A stretch of 64,000 nt of DNA, taken from positions 248,001-312,000 of the forward strand of contig JAHLTZ010000013.1 in the NCBI GenBank assembly GCA_025786725.1, given 5' to 3'. Of this stretch, positions 39,284-52,050 are shown one piece after another. The notes under the pieces are model-generated. The model was not told the DNA's origin. It did not search any database and saw only the letters and a program-made list of their open reading frames with translations. Source of the stretch: Syncephalis fuscata S228 (Eukaryota > Fungi > Zoopagomycota). Position 1 is the stretch's first letter. The number at the start of each line of letters is the position of its first letter. The translations under genes and the position numbers were made by a program.

Positions 39284-40615
39284 TTATTCGAGTACTCGTG
39301 CATAAGTTAGCAAATCTCGATCAGTAATGTAGCGCTTGTAAAAATCTTCTTCAATGTTTATACAAACCTCGATGCCACGTTTGCCTGTTTCAGGAAATGG
39401 CGGGGTGTCAAATAAAGTTATATTGCGCATGCCAGAGTACATGGATCGTCTAAGGCATATTGGTGGTCCATCGCCAAAATCCACGGCATAATAGCCGCAT
39501 TTTGACCAATTGGTACTATTAGTATCGTTATCACGCAGCCAGCCAGATGCAGCCTCGGCTAGTGATTTATTTCGATCCACGCTTGCACGCGCTAGCCATT
39601 CTTGTACGGTGGCTGCTTTAGACTTATTGACAGATTGGCGATTTGCCATAGCGACACTGCCCAATGAGCCATTCATAACATCTCCCGCAACCATCGAGAA
39701 TATTGAAGTATTAAATGCATTGCCAAAATAATTGTCGGGGACATCAGGTAGGCTGGGCCGCATGTTAATGGCGGTTAGAAGTTTAATCGGCTTATCTTGA
39801 GGCACTTGTCTGGCTCGAACGCTTGTACGCCACAATAAGGCCATTATCGCATCGAACGTCGAGATCCAACCAGTTTTCTGATCCGTATTGTCGAGTGTTG
39901 CAATTGCATCGGATTTTAGCTGTTCAAGTTTATCGGGACTAAACTGAAGAATAATACATTGTTTCAAGGACAAACTAGTAGCTGCTGCGGATGGCGTATC
40001 GTCAGTTGTACGTTTTTCATTTGAAAATAAGTCAAAAGTTAATGGAAAACGTAGTAATTGGCGGTTATGAACAGGCAGTGTAAAAGTGTCCCCTTTTACC
40101 AATGCCGTCCATGTTTTTAACATCATTGACCAGCCAGTCCCATCAGCAATACTATGGTTGCACGCCGTACACATCACCAAGCCAGAGTTGTTTGCAAATC
40201 GAGTAATTCGAACAGCAAATAATGGCAAATCCTCTGATGCTGGCTGCGTAATGGCCTGCCATTCAGGAGATAGAATTCTATATGGCCAATTAGGTTCAAA
40301 CTCTGATATGTCGCTATCAGAATACGTTTCAGTAAAAGGGACACCTTTATCCGAGGCTTTCACCTCATATTCACCGTCGTTGCGACGAATTAATCGGCCT
40401 GCTACAATTGGATACTGTTCAAGCGTTTGTCGTAAACCCGTTATCAAAATTTCCGATGTCATAAAATTGGCCTTTTTTTGGTGATTTTTATAAAAAAAAA
40501 ATCGCTGTGGATATACTGGAGCAGTTATATAATCTGCATGGCTTAGTTGGTATGTTGTTTGAACTTTATCACCATTTGGTGTTAGCCAAACTTTCGTAGT
40601 ATCGCCTATAGTCAT
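39284..40615 (-). CDS. HXXXD/BAHD-type CoA-dependent acyltransferase, intronless
   Basis: YPIVAGRL, NHSIADG (HXXXD), NYFGNA, VDFGDG (DFGWG-like). Confidence 0.92.
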   Translation of the reverse strand: MTIGDTTKVWLTPNGDKVQTTYQLSHADYITAPVYPQRFFFYKNHQKKANFMTSEILITGLRQTLEQYPIVAGRLIRRNDGEYEVKASDKGVPFTETYSDSDISEFEPNWPYRILSPEWQAITQPASEDLPLFAVRITRFANNSGLVMCTACNHSIADGTGWSMMLKTWTALVKGDTFTLPVHNRQLLRFPLTFDLFSNEKRTTDDTPSAAATSLSLKQCIILQFSPDKLEQLKSDAIATLDNTDQKTGWISTFDAIMALLWRTSVRARQVPQDKPIKLLTAINMRPSLPDVPDNYFGNAFNTSIFSMVAGDVMNGSLGSVAMANRQSVNKSKAATVQEWLARASVDRNKSLAEAASGWLRDNDTNSTNWSKCGYYAVDFGDGPPICLRRSMYSGMRNITLFDTPPFPETGKRGIEVCINIEEDFYKRYITDRDLLTYARVLE

Positions 40616-40831
40616 ATTGAAGTAATCAACAAAAGGGGAAACGATTTGGTATTTAATAGCTAAGTTACAGCTGTACTACTATTTATATACTACTGAAATC
40701 CGGCTTGGTATACGTAATTCCAATTTATTTATCTATTGACAGTATTAATATTTCTATTGGTTACACGCTTCTGTATAACAAGACATTTCAGCTATAAATG
40801 CTTTTCATTTTTTTAGTTTATCAATAAAACT

Positions 40832-42140
40832 TTATTTAAGTAATTTTGCATACGTGGTTATGTCTTTATCATTAATAAAACGTTCGTAGTGCTGAAATTC
40901 AATTGGGATACAGGCATCAAATCCGCTTTTTCCTGTTTTCGGACAAGGTGGTGATTCAAGAAAAGTGATCATAAATTCTTCATTAAACATACATCGGCGA
41001 CAACATACTGGATCGCCATTACCAAAGTCCATACCAGCGTAATAATTAAATTTGGTGCAATCTTTCAACAGTTGGCTTTGTTAATAGCGGATTTACTTTT
41101 ATCAGAATTTGCCATTGAAATCCACTGTTCTTTACTATCTTGTTTTTTATCAATAAGTGTTTGGCAATATTAATAGCAATGACACCAAGTGGCCTACTTA
41201 TCGTGTCATCTGGTTTAGTTACAAACTGATGTGTATCGACTACATTGCCAAAATAATTGCCAGGAAATTCTTTTAAATAGGGACGCATATTTACAATCGA
41301 TACTAAACAAAATGATTTACCTTCTAAGAGCTGATGTGCTTGAAATATTGCGCGTCATAGCACAGCTCAACAACATCAAGCATTGAAAACCATCTCATAT
41401 CACGCTCATTTTCGCTAAGCAATTTAATTGCATCTGCTTTTAATTTTGCAAAACTATCTGGGCTAAAGCAAAGTATTAGCAATCGACGACTAGCTGTAGT
41501 ATCACTTTTGGTTTGAGACTTCTTTGTAGCAGGTAGCGGTCTATTTACTAAATGTCGTTGGTTCGGTTCTAGTCGTAATAATTGTCGATTATGTAGTGGT
41601 GGCAATGGCGTTTTGCCTTGTGCAAATGCCGCCCACGCTTTTAATAGCATCGACCATCCAGTTCCATCAGCAATTCAGTGATGGCCTGATGAGCATATAA
41701 CAAGCCCAGAGTTATTGGCAAATCGTGTAACATGTATGGCTAGTGGCACATCGGTACCTTCATCCCATGATACAGCCTGCCATGCTAATGGTATATCGTT
41801 TTGTGGCCAATTCGAATTAAATGTTGAAATATCGTTGGCTGATTGCGATTCTCTATAGCGAAGACCTTTATCTGATGGATGTGCTTTGTATTTTTCGTTT
41901 TTAACAGCCACCAGTCGACCGGCAATAATTAGATACTGATCGATGGTATTACGTAGTGCTTCGACTAATTTATTAGTAGGCATAAATTAAACTTATTTTG
42001 ATGATTCTTGTAAATAAATAGTCGCTGTGTGTATTGCGGATCGGGAATATAATCAGTATCGTTTAAGAGATACTTGGTTGACGCATTCTGCACTGTTGGC
42101 AATAGTCATAGATCAGTCGTATTATTTGCGGCCACATCTG
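40832..42140 (-). pseudogene. Pseudogene paralog of the adjacent acyltransferase
   Basis: Collinear fragments (IIAGRL, VTRFANNSGLV, NYFGN, MDFGNG) broken by frameshifts; TGA inside the active-site motif (GHH*IADGTGWSML) and a TGA at the position of W in the intact copy's VWL. Confidence 0.9.
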
Positions 42141-42429
42141 AATGATAAATGAAAAAAAACAGCATGAGAAATAAACAACAACTTGTATATTTTGCGATTA
42201 AGCAATAAATATAATACATGCATCAATAAGGCCTATTGACGACTACAAATTCTAACATGCTATAGATAAACACGTTTTATGAGCATAAAATTCACAGCAG
42301 CCTTAACTATATCATATTATTTGGTCAAATATTAATATTTAATAGTTAAACAATTTGATTACTACTTATGAAGAACCAGGGAATGCGGAAAGAGTCATAT
42401 CAGTCGCATTATTAAAAAGAAATTGATAA

Positions 42430-42723
42430 TTGGCTGTCTACATCTAAATTTAATCGAACTTTCATCATTATTTTTTGATTTGTGTATAAACATAGTGTAT
42501 ATTTTTTACTATCATCACATCACGATTCCGTATCGTCTTGCAAGATTGGTATTGGAGTACGGCATGTATTTCACGCTTTGATCTAATAGTTGCCACGTTC
42601 TTCAATTCTTTTTTTACATCCGTTGCAAAATTGACTTGCTAAATATTCGTCAACGTAAATAAACTCAATAGAACCATTTAAATCATTGGCCAATCGCTTA
42701 ATAGCTTTGGTCCTGCCGTTATT
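42430..42723 (-). mobile_element. Degenerate C-terminal fragment of a Fanzor/TnpB-like RuvC nuclease
   Basis: Translation: ..IKRLANDLNGSIEFIYVDEYLASQFCNGCKK /frameshift in A7/ ELKNVATIRSKREIHAVLQYQSCKTIRNRDVMIVKNIHYVY. This is the VDEyxxS-CxxC...CxxC-(W)NRDxxxxxNI signature. Confidence 0.75.
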
Positions 42724-43199
42724 CTACGGCATTAATTTTTAATGTTTATTAACGCTTACCTTAACGCTCAAAATACAGCGTGTTGATTGATTGTATTGCT
42801 TTAATAACAAACTTACTCCTTATTGATCACTAATTACCACAGTTTAATTATAATAAACCAAGTAACTTGTATTAAACTAAGTTGAAGTAGAGTGAAACTA
42901 GAAACTAATTATGTTTTTATTGATTCTAAGTAAGTCTACTAATATAGCAAACGTAGTTAACAATAAAATCGGAATAATAACGATACATTTATTAATACAA
43001 TTTGACATAGCTAAGTTATGCACAAATTAAGGCGAATTCGCTGATAATATAGTGGCGCCAATGATTAAAGTTTGAATAAAGCGGAGCATTGGTCACAAGC
43101 TAATATACGAATGGCTTGTATTTTGTAAAATGTATACCTAAAGTATGCTGAACTAGTAATACCATTACAATAACAATGTTGACGTTTTGGGAATACCAA

Positions 43200-43337
43200 C
43201 TACTCTTTATCTTCTTTAAATGTATTAATCAATACTACGATATCATGGTCTGTTGGTACTAGTATAGCATTTATCATGGCTGTGTTAGCCGCATAGGTCG
43301 CGACGGAAGTCCAGAAGGCAGAGATAGAAAGCTTCAT
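43200..43337 (-). pseudogene. Possible relic of a small secreted-protein gene
   Basis: MKLSISAFWTSVATYAANTAMINA.. signal-peptide-like start; stop after 45 aa; frame stays open ~44 codons beyond the stop. Confidence 0.25.
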
Positions 43338-44187
43338 GGTATTATTGGTGTGTTGGAAAAACAAATAGAGCGCAAAATGCAGAAGCCTAATAGAAAGTGA
43401 AGTATGATGCTGATGTTGTTAATTAGTTGTGCGTATTGCTTGGGCTATTTAAACATATGATCATGCTAAAATTCTAGCATTCCGTACTGGATGGAATATG
43501 CCATTGAAGTGCTTATCGTAACCAGTAATAACACATACATAATGCATTATAAAACGCATGTATAATAGTATATTGTAATGTGATAGTGTGCAATCCAGTT
43601 TTTTGTTTCAGTTTGTCAAGCATTTAGGGGAACAATTGACAATGCTGATGGTTCAAGTCTGTAGCAGAAATTAATTACCGGTTTTTGTTTAATATTACAC
43701 AAGGCGACCATCTGTACCAAATGAATGTGTTAGGCCTACAAAAATAGGCTAGCTTCTATCTCTTTTAAACAAAGTTACAAAACGAGGTTCTCCTGTTCTA
43801 TTCACCAACTATTATGGGCAAATAGACCATTACTACACTCTTGCAGTGCCTGCTTATCAAACATCGTTTTTCTACATAAAACAGGTTTGGACGACACCTT
43901 TGGCTTGTTATGCTACTCACTGTTTTTATGTTTTGAATTCGCTTTTATTTTGCACAGATTGAGATATAATGCTCATTGTGCATAATAACCTACATTTATA
44001 ACAATATTATTGCAAAAACAATGCCGTATATTTAAAATGTTTTTAATGCTAGTGTATTGGCTATATATAGCTCCATTGCAGTTTATTAATTAGAATTACT
44101 TGATAAAGATTTGTTAGCCTAAAAATAACTTTTTATGGATGTATATTGTGGACTATACGCTATCCAACTAGTAATATTATTGTGTCA

Positions 44188-45260
44188 TTACGGTGTATAA
44201 GGTGGTGGTGGAAGCTCTTGACCATTAATGCTATTTGATAAGCTTGTTTGCCCGTTAATTTCTGGTATCGCCAAATCATTGCTTATGGATGTAGCGTATC
44301 TTGATGCCTCGTCCATCGATACACTGTTACTGTCGCCCATATAAATGATCATTAAAGCTCTATAAAAATTATCATTTTGCTCCTTGATCAATCTATTTTC
44401 AATTTTTCCAGAAAAAATATTATAGCCGACAAGTTCTATAGGAGACACCTTATCAACAGAACAAAATACTAAATAACCATTTTCAATGTACGCATCTGAT
44501 AATTATATAAGCATATTTACGAACACAGTATAGTAAATGTTTAACTCACCACGTACGAAAGCATTATGAAGTGACCATTTACGCAATTTCATTTGCTTTA
44601 CAGCTATTAGATCAATTGTTAGTATGCAATTACAGTAATTGAAATTCACTTGCCAGTTGTAACTTGTAATAGTACATTATTCACTGTTTCTCGCGTAACG
44701 CCGAATGTTCCAGTATACGCGTAAATAGTCTCCTTACACTTTGGACGAACAATCAAATAGCAATTGTAATCAGGTATATCAGAAAGCTTTTTAATAACAG
44801 AATAAAAGTACATTGGTGGATCATTTGTTTCGAATCTGTTGTAATCTCCTGAATACATACTCTAACAGTAGATTTCAGCATGTTATCAGTTTAGAATGAT
44901 AATCGACATGCTTACCTTGTATATATTGAAGGGCAAATAGTTAGTTTGACCATTTGCACATATAACTGTAGCACTGTGCTTTTCACCCTTTACAGAATAT
45001 GTTGCTTCCATAGCATGTACACCATTTACTGGATATTTAACTGCGTCAATAGTAAGAGCTTTGATATTAAATGCGCCAGATTTGCCCAATTTATAATTAG
45101 AAACAGAGTTTACTATTGCAATATGATTAGTATTGCATCGCGGATAAGTTCTGCATGTTTTACCTTCTTTAGCAAATAAACCAGGCAATGCCAGTACATT
45201 TTGACCAGCTGATAGTAACACCAGTAGGGGTAAAAGGCACTTGGTTCCAAATAGTATCAT
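44188..45260 (-). CDS. Secreted protein, probable pseudokinase fold, 4 exons
   Basis: Signal peptide ending VLA-LP; exons splice in frame (one GC-AG intron); NNVLLQVTTAVKQMKLRKWSLHNAFVRDAYIENGYLVFCSVDK resembles kinase subdomains VIa-VII without HRD/DFG. Confidence 0.7.
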
Positions 45261-47364
45261 TGGTTCTTAAGATGTCTTTATATTCGTGGTTTCGTAAAAG
45301 TGTGCGTGTGCGTATGTGTATGTGTGCGTGTGATAAAGATATAAAAACTTGCCAATCATTCAATTATTTATAGTGAATTGTAGTAAACAGAAATTAATGC
45401 AGTCTTTATTGTTCAAGCAAGAAGGCACGTGGTTGGATAATGACTGGCGTGAAAGTGAAGCAAACTGGATGGACGATAACTAAAAATGGAATCTCATATC
45501 ATGCATGATAATCAGAAGCGCTGATTAAAGCGGAATTCTATTTTTGTTTCAAATTAGCGCTCAGAGTTGCCACGTTTATATTTGAGTATAAATATAGTAA
45601 CGGGAATCTTAATGTATCCGAAAGGAGAAAACCGGGGAACAGCAAAAAACTCAGCCATTTATTCCAATTTAGTTTACAGATGTCTGATTATGAACTATTG
45701 ATGCTAATCGTTTGCAATGCTATCGCGACTATTTTCTAGATGCAATGTTTTTATAATCAAATCTATATAGTATAAATGTCTATTATTTTTTATAGGTTTT
45801 ACTTGTAAAGATTACTAATATAGCAAACAATGCCATTGGCAGTGGTTTGTTTTGGCATTATACATATAATCACAGGATAAATTCAATAAACTATTTATAA
45901 AGCGCTGCCAAGAATTTTACAAATTTGTAAAATCTGCGGAGCATTTTAACGTAGCTGGAACATTCATAATGATCTTGCTAGCTAGTCTTACTAATTGACA
46001 AGTTGAAGACAGTTTGATAAATTCGGCAAATCGGCAAATCAAATGACAAAAAATTGCGTAAATTTACAAATCAAACCTGAATCGTTGAACATACCATATG
46101 CACTAAACATGCTATTTATATTCTGAGTTTGCGTGAACACTCATATGCTGGCATTGTTAAAAATCAACTAGATTTATAGCAAAGTTAGCACATTGACATT
46201 TTGCGCTACAATCATACCAAGTAAGGTTGCACTTGTAACTACACTGATGTCCATAGAAACCATCGTATGTCTAGTTGTTTTTCGTTGCTTCTATCAATAA
46301 ATTCTATAGCAAATTATTTGCGCATCCACCATTATTGGCTTTATATGTTTAATACATTAATTGTTAAATTAGTTTCGTACAACTTCAACTGATAAGATAA
46401 TTGTGTTAGCCGTAGACGATGTAGTCAACAGTAAAATAATACTGCAATCCTTAGTATCATACAACTACTAAATCAGTATTTATAAATAAACAATAATCAG
46501 AATTATTAGCGCAAGCACCGTATAGCCATTGGCATTACAAATGGTAAACTTTTAAAATTAACCAGGAATTGATTGTGTATTAGAATATTGGCTCTAATGA
46601 CATATACATATATGCAATGTGCTTATTTTTCGTAAAAGCTGAAGCAAAATTATTATGTGCCAGTGCTATTAAAAGGCTTAAAAACAAAAGAAATACAGGA
46701 ATTAGCATAGACTGAAGTTTTATATAAGTAGCATAAGTAACTAGTTTCGAATTGGCAAAATAGTTAACTAGCGTCAACAGCTGAAACAACAATTGACAAA
46801 AACGGCGCTTTGCTAAAAATTAAGTTGTGTTATTTAAGATTTATTTTATTTCATCCTGTACTGTTTACCAACGTACTAACTGGTAGCAAACTCTGTACTC
46901 ATCTCCAATAGAGGGCTTTCCAGCATTTCAACTTTTCTTGCGCATATGTTAACATTAAATAGCGAAAAAGTACATGTTTTATACCGCAACGCTATAGTCT
47001 CAAACTAAAATAACAGATCATAATAAAACTATAGTCATTACCAACTGATTGAATACGTGATGTGAATATTGTCAGTCCAATATTCAGACTCCAACAATAC
47101 GTATGTTGTAATATTCACGTGTGTTCACATGTTGCATTTTTTATTTTACTTTTATGTGAGAGTGTTACATGTACACTTCTATCGTGCCCGTGCTTCTTAT
47201 ATAGCTGCTCCATGTGTGAATCAAAAAATCATTTTTATTCATTAATATTAGGCTATATTGCGTGAAAGTCTATATCACATATCACAATCAATTGGCTCTG
47301 CATTTACTTTTACTACATAATCCTACAAATTGCTTATAGGTGTTCATTAAACAATATAGTATTC

Positions 47365-48148
47365 ATGTCTCAACAAAGAATTAAATTTGTTGCAGAAGGA
47401 GCTGCAGTACGGGAATGCACACAAACACCTTCGTTTGGAGACGAGGCTATAGCCGTTGTCGACTTTTACCGCAATCTTGTTTTACCTACGGATAAGAAGG
47501 AACAAAATAAGCAAGTTACGCCGTCTGTTGCTGCTTCTACACTAACCATAGCTGATGCAGAGCCAGTATTGAGCGTAACTGTCGATTCGTCTATAATCGC
47601 TACGACACAGCCAGTTGATTTACCTGACTCTTTATTGTGGTGCAAAGTGTGCAACATTGCTCTGTCGACAGCTAGCATGGAACAGCATCAACACAGTATT
47701 GCTCATTTAGCATCACGTAGCGACTATCCTGACCTGCCAGATCCTATCACCTTAAATGAGGTATTTGCAATGCACCATAAGCATAGATAACATACGTTTA
47801 TTTTAATACTGATAACTAGACAAATCTCGGCTATCGTATGCTTCGACAAGCAGGATGGGAGGACGAACAAGGATTGGGAGTTGGATCTCAAGGACGGCGC
47901 CATCCTGTTTCGGCCCGAATGCGACCGAAACAACTTGGACTTGGTGCAAAGCGACGTCGTTCGCCATCACCAATATCATTGGTAGGTAGTTGGATAATTG
48001 TATTCAAATTGTAGCTTGTTATGTGCACTAATACTTGTAATACACATTATTGCAGCCGGACAATAGTCTTATGCAACGCGATGTTGCTCGGCAAACAGAT
48101 GCGGATCGTCTTGAGCGACTTGAATTATTAGCATATTTGAAGCGGTGA
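47365..48148 (+). CDS. G-patch domain protein with a C2H2/matrin-type zinc finger
   Basis: WCKVC..HQHSIAH; NLGYRMLRQAGWEDEQGLG..QGRRHPV..LGLG. Confidence 0.85.
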
Positions 48149-48560
48149 TCGAAAAAAAAACTATGTTTGTAAAATGCGTTAGTAACATATAATAATAATA
48201 ATAATAAGTATTCAAAAAGTAATAGTTTATTTACAGCTTTAGTCATTTGTATAAGCATAAGCTTGGTTTATAAAAAAATGTTTAGATTTCCGTCAATATA
48301 AATAACTGTTAAATTAAAAATATATATTAAATGGTATTGTTGGTTTTTTGTTGCTGAAAATAAAGGTATCAGTGAAGGAAATAATGTAACAGATCTAGAA
48401 AGCACTTATGTGCGAATACACACGGAATAGAATTGAGTCAGCAATATAGTATTGGTAGTTAAAAAAAGCCGAATCAATCGTGGATAAACGATAAGGGAAC
48501 AGCAGAGGTTCATTTAAGGAGGTTCATAAAAATAAATTATAATTTAGTGCCAACGACGCT

Positions 48561-49621
48561 TCAGCGCTTTTCTGGTCGTCGAGCAACATAAATTACCATT
48601 TCAAAACTGGTCTGTATTTCTTGAATCTCTGCTTGCCATTCAGTCATCAGCAATTCAAAGTCCCACGACCGCAATGGATTGCTAATCAATAGCTTTTCCT
48701 TTAGTGCACGTATAAGTAGACACCAGGAATAAAATGACATACAACCTGCTTCGCCGCCCCATTCACCGATGGGCACGGTGGCAACACGTTGTTTGACCAG
48801 CTCAAAGCCAGCTTCTTCTAGCCAGTCTCCAAGTTGTGCACCGGCCAGTGCTAGATCGATTCCGTTTAAGGACAGCATATTAATCATAAGTGCAAAAAGC
48901 TGGCTAGTAGCTGGTCCTATCTGTGACAGCTGTGCAGTTGCATCTGTAATTTCTAAATAACCACCGGGTCGTGTTACCCGGTAGAGTTCGCGCAGTACTG
49001 ATTTCCATTGTTTAGTTGGAATGGCTGAGGAGAGAAAGCGCTGGTGGACATAGTCAAATGTACTGTTTGAATAAGGCAATCCTAATGAATAACAATGAAA
49101 ATATTAATAAAATGATTTAGCATTGTGCTATAATGATGCTTACCTTTAAAAATATCAGCAAATGCAAATTTAAATTTAAATTTACCATTTTGCGGCTCTG
49201 GCTGTACTAAATCCATTCCGTAAAATCGCGATGTTGGCCATAATTTGGCCATATCCTTGATCCAAATGCCTGTGCCTGTGCCAACATCAAGTACTTTTCG
49301 AGGCTGGTGTACAGGTGCAAAAAAGTGTGCGCCCAATGATATACGTAGAAACTCGTGTTGTCGGTTTAGCCGATCGCGTTCGTGTTCGTTGACAGGCAGA
49401 AGATAACAGTTCCCGCTGCCACGGATATTGTTGGAATGCAAGCTTTTACCGCGCCTCTCCTGGATGCTTAACGTCTTTGGAAGATGGACAGCTAGTAGAT
49501 TGTCCTTATTCTTATTAGATGAAGTATAAGCTACATCTTGGCTCAAGTATTTTTGCACCGGATATGGCAGGTCAGAGCCACGACGACGCATACGTGGGTG
49601 CTTTGAGCTAGTATGGCCCAT
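48561..49621 (-). CDS. LaeA-like class I SAM-dependent methyltransferase (array copy 1), 2 exons
   Basis: YLLP..ERDRL..QH, VLDVGTGTGIW, LPY..FDYVHQR, RVTRPGGYLE, PIGEWGG. Confidence 0.9.
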
Positions 49622-52050
49622 GATGAATAGAACAGTGTTGCAAGGATTTGTGTTACAATGAATATATGTTTTTAGTCAGTATAGTATGATGTATAGTGTT
49701 ATGTAGATAACTAAATAATTGGTACTTCTATCACAGACGAGAAAAAGAGATGTTAAGCGGTTGTTGTGTAGTGAATAAAGATAGTGCTAGTAATATAATG
49801 GTGGATACGCTATTTGAATAAAGTAACACCAGACTTGAACAGCGTTGGTGTAGAATATCAAAATTGGAAACAATGAATATTTGCGGAATACTGGATGAAA
49901 TACTCGAGTAGTATCGAATTGTTGCTTTTATAGGCACTACGTGTTAATTTAAAGTGATTTTACTTGTAAGTTTACGCGGATGCGTGTGCGTGGCAGAGAC
50001 AAGGCGCAAGTGCAGCGATAAACGATTCAAGGTTCAGTAGATTGGATAAAATTGGGAGTGTGCATTGAATGCATGCCAGTGGAGCGTGTACACAAATGAT
50101 ATGTATGCACTAATGGGATGATTAATAAACTGAAAGAAGAGAGGGAATAGCGTAGTGATAGCAAAGTTATGCGTCTGCAAATAGTGCCCTATAACCTTGT
50201 GACTATGTAAAAAAATGAAAGCTGATTAACTATTGCATTTGTTACTACTGCAAATGGAAAATGAATACATAGAATAAACGATATTAAAATAGCAGATTTA
50301 TAATCTTCAAACAAATGAAACAAAATTTTTATGATTGGCATGACACTGTTTTATTCGTAAGACATGGGAACAGGCTGCTTATTGTCTGTTCGCCTCTGCT
50401 TCCATTAGAAAATGAAAATCTGCTGTATGACCGCATGTACATGCACATCTGCACTCGTGCACGCACATATGTTCGAATTGGCCATTCAAGACATGTGAAT
50501 CTATCCGTGCCACATCACGGCACAGTTTAATCTTGTATGAATAGTTTACGATCAGTAAGTCCCGATGCCGCAGTGTATGAACGCAACACAGAAAGAAATA
50601 AAGATTACGCACATACATACGCGTGTCACTCGCTGATCCTATAACAAGTTTTGAGAATGATGGGCTTGAATGAATCTGCCTGTATAGATATTTGAATGCT
50701 CTCTAACGACAGCATTAAACACTAGACATTGTTAGCCATGCGGGGATTACTCCCCTATTGCCATTCTATCGAATATTTATTTGTATTGTAGATTGAAATG
50801 TAATAACATTATCATTTTTATAAAATAGAATTAAATGTAATAGAACATTGTATTAGTAACTGCTGTTTTAAACCTTTGAATAAATAATGTAACATGCCAT
50901 TTAACTACTTTGAAATCCACGAGGCCGATCATTGTTGTTGTTGGCTATGCGTAGAAAGATTGATTGAATATTAATAAAAACCATATGGTCGTGATTCCAT
51001 ATCGTTCCGCAGTTGTTATTGTTGTTACTACGTACAGTGTGGTTTCTTTGCATCTAAATGGTCTATTCTATTCTCCAATCTTCTACTGTTGCATTTTGGA
51101 CATATCTGTGATGTAAGATACTCGTCTATGGTGACAAAAGGTAGGACGACTAGCGTTTCTAATGTTCACCATTCTCTTAAGCATTCTTGGCATCAACTTG
51201 GTAGGCGCAGTTTATTTGCCAATCATTGATAAAGCAAATGGCCTCCACTATATGCAATAATGATAGGTTGAGTGTCTTCACCAGAAAGATCTTGTGACGA
51301 CAGGTGTAACCAGAATATACGGCATGCCGTTGAGATTACTTGAACAGGTGTTAATGTAAAATAATAGAAATAAAGACTAGGGACTGAGTAGTGTTCTTTA
51401 TTGATGTTCAAATATGCATGTTATTTATATTGCTATATTTAGCATTATCATGTAATATATTACTAAATAGAGCAATAGGATAACAATAGGAAAATAAGAG
51501 TGAAATGAGTAAATAAAAATATAAGAGTCAAAATACAGTAGCTCCGTTTATGTAATTGCTTTGTTATACTTAAAAAGTACTAAAAATTATTTAATACTAT
51601 TATTGCTGTAAAAGAGTGAAAAATTGGGCAATACATATTACCGAATATGCTGATAATTTGCAATGATGATAACAAAGTTTTAAGTACTGTCAATAATGAT
51701 CAAGGTCAAGGCAATTTGGAGATAAATAAATTGCTTAGCTAGATTAACTAATTAATTATATGCATTAAAGACAGCTGATAGCCGACAGTAGTATACATGC
51801 AGCTGTCTGTGCTAAATTAATTATAGTGAATTATTATTGATAGAGACACTAGTTAATTTACTTTGAGTGTGGCACTACTGGTATAGATAGACACAAACAA
51901 CTTATGATGAATGAATCACGAACATAAAAAAGGCTATTTGTTTTAAAAACAATGTGTGTGTGTGTGTATGTAGAAGAATAAATATGAAATTGCAAATTAA
52001 ACAAAACTGCTATTCAAAATTAATCTGGTTTTTCAAGTTCAATTAATGAA

